This document shows positions 9,301-16,304 of a stretch of 32,042 bases of DNA, piece by piece (within the stretch, counting starts at the first letter, position 1; every line of letters begins with the position of its first letter). Origin of the DNA: Abditibacteriaceae bacterium (GTDB lineage Bacteria; Armatimonadota; Abditibacteriia; Abditibacteriales; Abditibacteriaceae). Below the pieces are notes generated by a model that saw only the letters and a list, made by a program, of their open reading frames with translations, searched no databases and was not told the origin of the DNA. The stretch covers positions 1 through 32,042 of the forward strand of contig JANMKN010000003.1 of NCBI GenBank assembly GCA_031372065.1, read 5' to 3'. The translations under genes and the position numbers were made by a program.

Positions 9301-11248
9301 TACTCCCAGAACCCTGCTTAACCAAACTACTTCCAGTGTTTCTGTTTCTGGACTGAGCGGAAGCGTGTTGGATATGGAGGTCAAGCTGAACATCCAGCAC
9401 CCCGTTGATAGTGCCCTGAGCGTTTTCTTGGTGACACCATCAGGTCGCCAAATACGTTTATTCGCCAACATTGGCGGCAATGGTGACAATTTTACCAACA
9501 CCGTTTTTAATAACGCCGCTCTGGTGCCGATTCGCTCCGGTTCGCCGCCTTTTATTGGGGTTTTTCAACCCGAAGAAGCGCTTTTCCTATATGCGGGCGA
9601 GAGTTTCAATGGCACTTGGAGTTTGGTTGTTAAGGATTCTACTGCGGGGCAAGCAGGAGGCGTTTTGCAAAATTGGTCGTTGACTTTTCTGACATCTACC
9701 GAAAGGCTGCGCTATACAAATAGCGATGGAAACTACTCCTTTGGGGCTTTAGCCTCCGGCACTTATATAGTGCGCCAAATCAATCAACAAGGCTGGCGTC
9801 GCACCTTTCCTGCTACTGACAACTACAGCGTAACCATCAGCACCGCAACGGATGCCATGGGCCGCGACTTTGGCAATGTGGATACGACAATTCCCACTGC
9901 TGCGCTCAACGATGTGACAATTACGGAGGGGAACAGCGGCACGACCAATGCTACCTTTACCGTCAAACTGGATATAGTCAGCAGCCAAGCCGTGAGTTTG
10001 AATTACGCGACTGCCAACGGCACTGCCGTTGCGACAGGTGACTACACTGGCAAAACCGGCACACTTACTATCCCTGCCGGGCAAACCACGGGCACCATTA
10101 CGATTCCTATTAAAGGTGATGTTTTGGATGAAGCGGATGAGTCATTTTTTGTCAATCTGACTAATCCTGATGGCGCCCGCATTAGCGATGCTCAAGGCCG
10201 TTGCGTCATCGTAGATAACGACGTCACCCCGTCGGTCGCTATCAACGATGTGACACTTATCGAAGGCGATAGCGGCACCAAGAATGCCACATTCACCATC
10301 AAATTGAGCGCGGCCAGCGGCCAAACGGTGACGGTCAATGCCATTCCTTACAACGGTTCAGCGCGCACACCTCAAGATTACGTCACTGGTGGCGCCCGCT
10401 TGGTGTTTGCCTCCGGCGAAACCACAAAGACTTTTAGCGTTCCTGTCAAAGGCGATTTGCTGGATGAGCCGCAGGAAAACTTCTTTGTTATTTTGTCTTC
10501 GCCCGTCAACAGTTCGATTGCGCGGGGCCGCGCCATTGGCACCATCAACGATAACGAAGCAGCGCCTTCGATAAGCATTGACGATGTGCGAATCGGCGAA
10601 GGCAATGTCGGGCAACGCGTCGCGTCCTTCCGTTTGAAGTTGTCAGCGCCCAGCGGCCAAGTAGTTCGTGTCAGCTATGCCACGGCGGGCGGCACCGCTG
10701 CCGCCGGAGTGGATTATGTGGCTGTCCCTGCCACGCAAATCGCTTTTAGCGCAGGTAACCTTTACGCTTACGCCCGTGTGCTGATAAACGGTGATGTGCT
10801 CAACGAACCGGACGAAACTTTTAACGTGAACTTGACGGCACCGCTTAATGCCACCATTGCTGATGCTCAGGCATTGGGCACCATTCTCAACGATGATTCG
10901 GCGCCGTCTCTGACCATCAACGACGTGAGCATCAGCGAAGGCAATAGTGGCACGAAGAATCTGACCTTCACCGTCACGCTGTCCAAAGCCAGCGGCCAGG
11001 CTGTGACTATCATTTATGACACCGCCGATGGCATAGCGAAGTCAAGCAGCGATTACACTGCCAAAAGCGGCACGCTGAGTTTTGCACCGGCGAGTGCTTT
11101 AACTCGCACCTTTAGCGTGGCTATTAGTGGAGACTCGGTAGTGGAAGGTGATGAAACCTTCTTTGTATTTTTGTCAGGCGCCACTAATGCCAGCGTTGGC
11201 AAAGCACGCGGCGTCGGCACGATTTTAAACGACGACACGTCGGGTTAA
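6377..11248 (+). CDS. 1623-aa surface/adhesin-like protein: signal peptide, unique N-terminal domain, about 6 SdrD B-like repeats, 2 proprotein-convertase P-domains, 4 Calx-beta domains
   Basis: Repeated G-x-[VIA]F-x-D-x-[ND]-x-[ND]G...Y-x-VR[EQ]...[ND]FGN units; P-domain motifs (L-x-[AT]PSG, NG-x-W-x-L-x-[IV]-x-D); Calx-beta repeats (INDV-x-x-x-EG...DY...E-x-F-x-V-x-L...GTI-x-NDD). Confidence 0.88.
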   Translation: MKNLDLRVLFSTVFALIIFLSVHAGAVPSSRTTYAIRVDGFIKENSTGGMLGLGIAAPERTPLLNGTITNYPGVLVIAPTIQATPNPDWTSGPNSVEVGLYTGNYQQPYQGVNGDLHLSSNLWLGLQEGATLSPGSDGTYQAPQQTPAWDVAVVDQPSPRQLKVQYLRDDYGVYNYFFVPPNVFTNYLGGTIYQRRDPKSLYNGWLEINFSSDESQVSGTILVTSGGLPGIVEGVSYGAYYYEAQFSGTRTSVPVAPPTGKSSVSGKLFNDINSNGYQESYEPDLPGWTVKLKAVLGSDNFTTTTDARGNYYFADVQGGNDEFSSFYRITQIRPAGWTNTTPDVDYRNISVAPGAVWTDENFGNKRVGSKIAGGVFHDVAVRGFQFASAGPGLENVPVFLDTNDNGSLDNGEPQQKTNAQGYYVFDELPAGNYTVRMILPGTDWIYISAATWQATLGTDTITEGVDFGVAHLSSIKGIAFEDIDADGFQDQGEMPQANWRIYVDANDNTKLDAGEPNALTDAEGKYVLNFLRPGAIVVREVSQSGWQTSSPFEGAWRAILLSDEKAEGVNFGNSRHGTIAGTVFEDGTGDGVPDGYKDAPLSGWTVFEDADNDGVFDNTSTTINFSVSQGVPDNDVLFVDLPVSGLSGQINDVDIKLNLAVLSPDHDIYLIAPSGRRVKLISEEANLDSNSLTNTIFDDQASITLSEGTDPYTGNFRPAEALSNFNAGDPNGIWRLQIVDNTDSFGEATLQSCSVILKTGEATAVSDANGNYKLQRMAPGAHVVREVLQSGWITTTPGLSATVTVGNGAIITQNFANARPGKVSGIVWNDINGDLYQFDGEPGLSNWRVYIDADNDGIFDANEKSALTNSQGAYQISGLKPGNYLVRQVLQATWRQSWPKFNDGQQVQMSSGETVALIDFGNSKTGAISGHIFNDIEGNGAQDLTDTPLIGWPVYLDSNNNGQFDTTLTTKSSADTPRTLLNQTTSSVSVSGLSGSVLDMEVKLNIQHPVDSALSVFLVTPSGRQIRLFANIGGNGDNFTNTVFNNAALVPIRSGSPPFIGVFQPEEALFLYAGESFNGTWSLVVKDSTAGQAGGVLQNWSLTFLTSTERLRYTNSDGNYSFGALASGTYIVRQINQQGWRRTFPATDNYSVTISTATDAMGRDFGNVDTTIPTAALNDVTITEGNSGTTNATFTVKLDIVSSQAVSLNYATANGTAVATGDYTGKTGTLTIPAGQTTGTITIPIKGDVLDEADESFFVNLTNPDGARISDAQGRCVIVDNDVTPSVAINDVTLIEGDSGTKNATFTIKLSAASGQTVTVNAIPYNGSARTPQDYVTGGARLVFASGETTKTFSVPVKGDLLDEPQENFFVILSSPVNSSIARGRAIGTINDNEAAPSISIDDVRIGEGNVGQRVASFRLKLSAPSGQVVRVSYATAGGTAAAGVDYVAVPATQIAFSAGNLYAYARVLINGDVLNEPDETFNVNLTAPLNATIADAQALGTILNDDSAPSLTINDVSISEGNSGTKNLTFTVTLSKASGQAVTIIYDTADGIAKSSSDYTAKSGTLSFAPASALTRTFSVAISGDSVVEGDETFFVFLSGATNASVGKARGVGTILNDDTSG

Positions 11249-11267
11249 AATTCTCGCCCCACCAAGG

Positions 11268-11302
11268 AAGCAGCCTTTATCCGTTTGGGATAAAGGCTGC
11301 TT
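11268..11302. terminator. Intrinsic terminator between convergent genes, overlapping the 3' end of the endonuclease III-like ORF
   Basis: 15-bp perfect stem AAGCAGCCTTTATCC / GGATAAAGGCTGCTT, 5-nt loop, followed by T residues on the + strand. Confidence 0.75.
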
Positions 11303-12002
11303 TTGCTTGTCTTTGTTGGCCGGTTGGACATAAATCCAACAAAACGCATTTTGGGCAAGCGGGGTTGTTGAAAAAGCAGACTTTTTGCCCGTGCAGCATC
11401 AAAATTTCGTGATTGTCATACACCTGCTGCGCGTCCCATTCGGCAGGCAATTGGGTTTCTAAAACGGCGTGTGAGGGGCCAACGGCCAGAGACGCAGGAA
11501 TCAAACCAAGACGCGTAGCCACGCGGTGATGATGCGAATCTACCGGCAAAGCGCGGCGCTGCAAGCTGCTGAAACACAAAACCGCCGCGCTGGTTTTTGG
11601 GCCGATGCCCGGCAATTCTTCGAGCCAGCGGCGCGCTTCGGGAACCGGCATTTCGGCTAAACAATCCAACGATAATTCGCCCCGTTTTTCGCTGATTAAA
11701 CGCAACATGTTTTGCAAGCGCGGCGCCTTTTGTTCGGGCCATGTGCAAGGCGCAATGGCTTCTTCAACTTCACTTATCGGCGCGTCGCGCACTTCTTCCC
11801 ATGTCGAAAAACGCGCGCGCAATTGACGAAAAGCGCGGCCCGAATCGGCGTTTTTGGTGCGATGCGACAAAAGCGATGAAACTAATTCGCTGAGTGGATC
11901 GAGATTATGAAAATACGGAATCGGGCAATCGTATTCGCGGCACAAACGCTCGTGAATTTCCAATAAAAACGCGCGTTTGTCTTGCATCTCTGCTTTCGTC
12001 AT
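11277..12002 (-). CDS. Endonuclease III-like HhH-GPD DNA glycosylase with 4Fe-4S cluster loop
   Basis: LPGIGPKT (HhH with Lys), LPVDSH (catalytic Asp), C-x6-C-x2-C-x5-C (CFFNNPACPKCVLLDLC). Confidence 0.9.
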   Translation of the reverse strand: MTKAEMQDKRAFLLEIHERLCREYDCPIPYFHNLDPLSELVSSLLSHRTKNADSGRAFRQLRARFSTWEEVRDAPISEVEEAIAPCTWPEQKAPRLQNMLRLISEKRGELSLDCLAEMPVPEARRWLEELPGIGPKTSAAVLCFSSLQRRALPVDSHHHRVATRLGLIPASLAVGPSHAVLETQLPAEWDAQQVYDNHEILMLHGQKVCFFNNPACPKCVLLDLCPTGQQRQAKAAFIPNG

Positions 12003-12228
12003 GACAGCAGCAGAAAGCCAATCCGATGCCGCTTTTCAAAATTCCTCATTCAATGTCATCAGTAAACGCACAAAATCAAGCAGACAAAGCTAACCACAAG
12101 TTCTTCTCCCAAGTGCGGTCTTTTCCCGCACCATCTGCACAATAGGCCGCACTTCGACGAAAAAGTGCGGGATAATAACATTGTTGGGCCGATGCGCGCG
12201 GTGTGGCTGAGTGCGATACAATAAAAAT

Positions 12229-12636
12229 ATGGCAACGAGACACAGATGGGATGAAATGCTGGCAAAGTATGAAGCGGTTGACAAGGAAACTTATCAACGG
12301 CATCTGGTAGCTTTCGTAAGAAGTTTTGTTGTGCGTGAGAAAAGAGAACGATGGATTAACATTTTAATCAGTAAGCCGGAGCGGGCGCAACGCGATGGAT
12401 ACAGAATGATAAATGATTTGGACAGAGATAAATATGGAGGCTACATTTATAGCACTCTGCCTAAACTCAAAAACAAAAAAGGCATTTATTATGAGTTTTC
12501 AGATAAAGCCATCTGGCTTCCTTGTGAAGATGCTCTCGATATTGGACGTGGCAACGACGCTATTTTCTCCATCGAAGAAGGAAAACTGGCGGCATTTTTC
12601 TTTCACGAATGGGACGAGTTCCTATGCCAAAAATAA
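12229..12636 (+). CDS. AT-rich hypothetical protein (about 135 aa)
   Basis: Open frame with globular-like composition, visibly lower GC than its neighbours, ATG 6 nt after TACAAT. Confidence 0.65.
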   Translation: MATRHRWDEMLAKYEAVDKETYQRHLVAFVRSFVVREKRERWINILISKPERAQRDGYRMINDLDRDKYGGYIYSTLPKLKNKKGIYYEFSDKAIWLPCEDALDIGRGNDAIFSIEEGKLAAFFFHEWDEFLCQK

Positions 12637-12803
12637 CCCTGTTACGTTCTGACACCGGCCCAATAAGGCGCTGCCCCCGACCTCCTTATATGGTCTAAGA
12701 GGTGGGCGGAGGCAGTTTCTTGAGAAAGCCGCGACTGCCGTGCTGCCAAATTTTTCGGTTTGGGCATCCTGCTGTAGAAGGCTTATCCCTTGGCCTCACA
12801 GGG
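12637..12803 (+). ncRNA. Candidate structured ncRNA, possibly 6S RNA
   Basis: 167-nt intergenic segment that folds by eye into a rod: CCCTGT/ACAGGG ends, GGCC..ATAAG/CTTAT..GGCC, TGCCC/GGGCA, CCGA/TCGG, and a central GGCGG-a-GGCAGT/ACTGCC-gtg-CTGCC stem with internal bubbles. No covariance search was run. Confidence 0.4.
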
Positions 12804-12833
12804 ATGAAGAATCGCGCTGTGAGTTGGTAACTG

Positions 12834-13982
12834 CTACCATTCCGCGACGCAGCCATCTTCATTGCGCCACACGGGGTTGCGCCATTTGTGGCCGATTTTT
12901 GCGGCTTCGCGCACTTTGTCTTCGTTGATTTCAATGCCAAGGCCCGGTGCGGTCATCAGTTTGACAAAGCCTTTTTCGTAATGAAAAATCGTCGGGTCGG
13001 CCAGATAATCCAAAACATCGCTGCCCTGATTGTAATGAATGCCCAGACTTTGCTCTTGAATAAAGGCGTTGGGCGTGCAGAAATCCACTTGCAGCGAGGC
13101 AGCCAGTGTAATCGGCCCCAGCGGGCAATGCGGCGCGACGGCTACATCGTAGGCTTCGGCCATCGCCGCGATTTTGCGCAGTTCCCAAATGCCGCCGCAA
13201 TGACTGACATCGGGCTGCAAAACATCTACTCCGCCGCTTTGCAACAGGTCTTTGAATGCCGCGCGTCCAAACATTCGCTCGCCTGTGGCAATGGGCGTGG
13301 AAGTGTGGCGCGAAATTTCTAAAATTGCCTCGTTGTTTTCCGGCAAAACCGGCTCTTCGATAAACATCGGCTTGAACTGTTCCAGTTCGTGAACCAGCAC
13401 TTTGGCCATGCCTTTATGAACGCGGCCATGAAAATCAATGCCGATACCGATTTCCGGCCCGACGGCATCGCGCACGGCGCCCACGCGTCCGGCGGCTTCT
13501 TCGATTTTGGCGGGCGAATCAATCCATTCCATTTGCGCCGTGCCGTTCATTTTCAAGGCTGTATAACCGGCGGCGACGCGCTCCTTGGCTTGTGCGGCGG
13601 CATCTTTTTGCGCTTCGCCGCCAATCCACGCATAAACGCGCATTTTATCGCGCACCGGGCCGCCCATCAGGTCGTAAATTGGCACTCCAAGCGCTTTGCC
13701 TTTGATGTCCCACAGCGCTTGGTCAATGCCGGAAATGGCACTCATCAAAACCGGGCCACCCCGGTAAAAACCGCCACGATAAATCATCTGATAAAAATCT
13801 TCGATGTGACCGGCAGGCTTGCCGATAAGAAACTCGGAAAGCTCTGCAACGCACGCGGCCACGGTATCGGCGCGGCCTTCGACAATCGGCTCGCCCCAAC
13901 CGCACAGGCCATCATCGGTAGTGATTTTCAAAAACAACCAGCGCGGCGGCACTTTGAACAGTTCAAGTTTTGCAATTTTCAT
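12834..13982 (-). CDS. dgoD: Galactonate dehydratase (enolase superfamily)
   Basis: MKI...VPPRWLFLKI-x-TD-x-G-x-x-GWGEP, GGFYRGGP, KMNGT, DFHGRVH, APHCPLGP, IQEQSLGIHYN, WRNPVWR...AEW; 382 aa as typical for DgoD. Confidence 0.96.
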   Translation of the reverse strand: MKIAKLELFKVPPRWLFLKITTDDGLCGWGEPIVEGRADTVAACVAELSEFLIGKPAGHIEDFYQMIYRGGFYRGGPVLMSAISGIDQALWDIKGKALGVPIYDLMGGPVRDKMRVYAWIGGEAQKDAAAQAKERVAAGYTALKMNGTAQMEWIDSPAKIEEAAGRVGAVRDAVGPEIGIGIDFHGRVHKGMAKVLVHELEQFKPMFIEEPVLPENNEAILEISRHTSTPIATGERMFGRAAFKDLLQSGGVDVLQPDVSHCGGIWELRKIAAMAEAYDVAVAPHCPLGPITLAASLQVDFCTPNAFIQEQSLGIHYNQGSDVLDYLADPTIFHYEKGFVKLMTAPGLGIEINEDKVREAAKIGHKWRNPVWRNEDGCVAEW

Positions 13983-14003
13983 AGTGTTCTCAGAAGTTCT
14001 AAT

Positions 14004-14570
14004 TTAAGCAGGTGATTTTGTTTGCGGTGCGGCCAAATGCGGGCGCGCGATGCCGCGCACGCTCCATTGGCGCTGCTCAAACGACAGCACATAAACCGTG
14101 TCGAAAAGTTTGCCGTCCGGCGCGGTTACGGTAATGCCAGCATTGGCAAACTGGAACTTTTTGTCGGTGTTTACAAAGCGAAAAACAACGTTTTTGTTGC
14201 CGGGCAATTGCGGATAATTCGCTTCGATCTCGTCTTGAAAGCTGCGGGCTTCGGGAAACCCTTGTCGCAGCGCCGCTGTGCTGTATTGCAAAGCGACGGC
14301 GTAATTTTTTTGTCGCAGCGCCGAAAGCTGGCCGCGAATTCTTCCCGCTATCGCCATGCGCGTATCTTTAGTGGCTTCGTGCCAATGCGTGCCCACTGGC
14401 GGCTCCAAAAGCGCCGGATTTTCGCTGGGTTTATCACTTTCGCGCTTGTTGAAGGCGCTCAATTGCCACGCGAAAACGCCGAATGTCAGCAGTAAAATTC
14501 CCAGCCCCGTTATGATTTGACGGACTGGGAACAAACTTTTGGGCGAATTGGAAGTGAACTTTTCGGCCAT
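14004..14570 (-). CDS. DUF4864-like membrane-anchored protein
   Basis: N-terminal TM helix; I-x-x-QL-x-A-x-x-x-x-x-Y-x-x-A...F...I...YPQ...V-x-F...W-x-V-x-G pattern. Confidence 0.7.
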   Translation of the reverse strand: MAEKFTSNSPKSLFPVRQIITGLGILLLTFGVFAWQLSAFNKRESDKPSENPALLEPPVGTHWHEATKDTRMAIAGRIRGQLSALRQKNYAVALQYSTAALRQGFPEARSFQDEIEANYPQLPGNKNVVFRFVNTDKKFQFANAGITVTAPDGKLFDTVYVLSFEQRQWSVRGIARPHLAAPQTKSPA

Positions 14571-14700
14571 GCAAACCAGTATCCCTTAAACCGAATCAGG
14601 GCCGCACGACCTTTTATAATATCGAAGAGCGTTCTGCTACGGCTCGCTCGGCGATGCGCACCCCAAGTTTGTATCCGGTTTAGCCGCAACGTGCGTGATA

Positions 14701-15246
14701 TTATGTTTGCAGACCGGTGGCGCTTTTTTGTCGTGGTTTTGGCTGCCTTTTTATGCCGCCGTCCACGCCACTTACGCGCCACAGGCCTTCTTCGAAAATC
14801 ATCATATAATGCGCATCGGCTTTGACGCCATCGGTTCCTGTCACTGTAACCGGCACCTGAAAATATTTGCCAGATTTATCAATTTGCGCGGAGCCAAAGG
14901 TCACGCTTTTGTAGCTTGCGAATTGCGGATAGCCTTTTTTTATCATGGCGCCAAACTCTTGGGGCGAACGAAAGTTGGCGCGCAAATTCTTGCTTTGATA
15001 CTTCGTAGCCGTAACGGAATCGTTGCTTTTGAAAGCATCCAGTTGGTTTTTGATCGAAGACAGCGCAGCATCGCGTTCTTTTGCTGTCGCGGCGCGCCAT
15101 TCCAATGTTGGCGCCTCGGAAAACAGAATTTGCGCTTCGGCTTGCTTGCGCTGATAATCCATTATCTGCCAACCCAAGGCGCCGAAACTGAGAAAGATAA
15201 CCGCCAGCGCGAGCAAGGTTTTGCGAGTGTCCAGTGATTTTTTCAT
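14701..15246 (-). CDS. DUF4864-like membrane-anchored protein (paralog)
   Basis: Start MKKSLDTRK overlaps the upstream stop (ATGA); TM helix; IKNQLDAFK...FRSPQEFGAMIKKGYPQ...WRVSGV. Confidence 0.78.
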   Translation of the reverse strand: MKKSLDTRKTLLALAVIFLSFGALGWQIMDYQRKQAEAQILFSEAPTLEWRAATAKERDAALSSIKNQLDAFKSNDSVTATKYQSKNLRANFRSPQEFGAMIKKGYPQFASYKSVTFGSAQIDKSGKYFQVPVTVTGTDGVKADAHYMMIFEEGLWRVSGVDGGIKRQPKPRQKSATGLQT

Positions 15247-16244
15247 AAATTGACTTTGTTTTCCGTGCGCGCCGATTCTAAAATGCCAAGAGCCAGACAA
15301 AGCGATTCTAAACCGGCCTGCCCATCGGCGCGCGGCTCGGTTTCGCCCCGCGCCACCGTAACAAATTCGTCCATTTGTTGTTTGAAGCCAAGACCAAGCG
15401 CATCAGCCGGAAACGCGATATTTTCGTTAGATATTGCTTCGCCGCGCGTGACAACGAAATGGCGATTGCCGTTTTCATCCGGCGCGCCGCCGGGAAAGCG
15501 CAAAATGCCTTTTGGCCCGAACAATTCAAAAACGCGCCCGCCGCTGCAATTTTCGGGCAAGCCCCACGACCACGCGAGAAGCAGTTCATCGCCGCTTTGA
15601 AAACGAATCGTAGCGCTGCCGGTATCAATCGCCGTATTACTTTCGCGCAACGTGCGGCCTTGGGCGAAAACCCATTTTGCGGGGCCGAAAGTGTAAAGGG
15701 CAAAATCAAGATTATGAATGCAGCCATCCAAAAATGGCCCGCCGCCTTTTTCGTCTTGATTAAACCACGGTGCGCTTGGCCCGGCGCCCGCCATAATATC
15801 GCGCCACACGAGGGGGCGCCCGATTTTGCCCGCTAAAACCGCCTCGCGCCACGAGAGCCATTCGGCATCGAAGCGGCGCACAAAACCAATTTGCAAGGGC
15901 GCGCCGCTGGCTTTCTGCGCTTGCAACATCGCTTCGCCTTGCTCGCGCGTGCGCGCCATCGGCTTTTCGCAAAACGTCGCTTTGCCAGCGTGCAAAGTTT
16001 CGATGGCAATGAGTGAATGCAGCCACGTCGGAACGCAAATGAGAACCGCATCTACTTCGTGCAGCCACGTTTTGTAATCGGCGGCGACGTGCGCGATATT
16101 CCACTGCTTCGCTAATTCCTGCGCGGCGTTTTGATTCACATCGGCGACGGCGAACAATTCTACATCGTCACGATTTGCCAGATGCGGCAAATGCGCGCTG
16201 CTAATGCCACCGGCGCCGATAATGCCAATTTTGAGAGGGGTCAT
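15243..16244 (-). CDS. Gfo/Idh/MocA family NAD(P)-dependent oxidoreductase
   Basis: IGIIGAGGI Rossmann motif, CEKPMA, GFVRRF, GGPFLDGCIHNLD. Confidence 0.92.
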   Translation of the reverse strand: MTPLKIGIIGAGGISSAHLPHLANRDDVELFAVADVNQNAAQELAKQWNIAHVAADYKTWLHEVDAVLICVPTWLHSLIAIETLHAGKATFCEKPMARTREQGEAMLQAQKASGAPLQIGFVRRFDAEWLSWREAVLAGKIGRPLVWRDIMAGAGPSAPWFNQDEKGGGPFLDGCIHNLDFALYTFGPAKWVFAQGRTLRESNTAIDTGSATIRFQSGDELLLAWSWGLPENCSGGRVFELFGPKGILRFPGGAPDENGNRHFVVTRGEAISNENIAFPADALGLGFKQQMDEFVTVARGETEPRADGQAGLESLCLALGILESARTENKVNL

Positions 16245-16304
16245 GTCAACAATTTAACGCCGTTGGCTTGTCGGCACAAGAACGGGGCGCGTTAAACTTT
16301 GCCC
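16245..16304. promoter_or_regulatory. 60-bp symmetric divergent promoter region, probably two leaderless promoters
   Basis: The + strand reads GCGT-TAAACT-N6-ATG and the - strand reads GCGT-TAAATT-N6-ATG; internal dyad CCGTT..CTTGT-cggc-ACAAG-AACGG; no Shine-Dalgarno on either side. Confidence 0.55.

Noticed and set aside
11255..11280. SRP RNA (AAGGAAGCAGCC resembles the domain IV motif)
   Set aside because: The upstream CAGG-x-CC half is missing, and the sequence is explained as a terminator arm.
14587..14682. Second MITE (TAAACCGAAT...ATCCGGTTTA)
   Set aside because: Only a 9/10-bp inverted repeat with no convincing target duplication; may be chance.
12888..15836. Multiple antisense ORFs of 100-208 aa over dgoD, DUF4864 and oxidoreductase genes (also over the GH and surface-protein genes)
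   Set aside because: Shadow frames of well-supported genes in GC-rich DNA, with no recognisable motifs.
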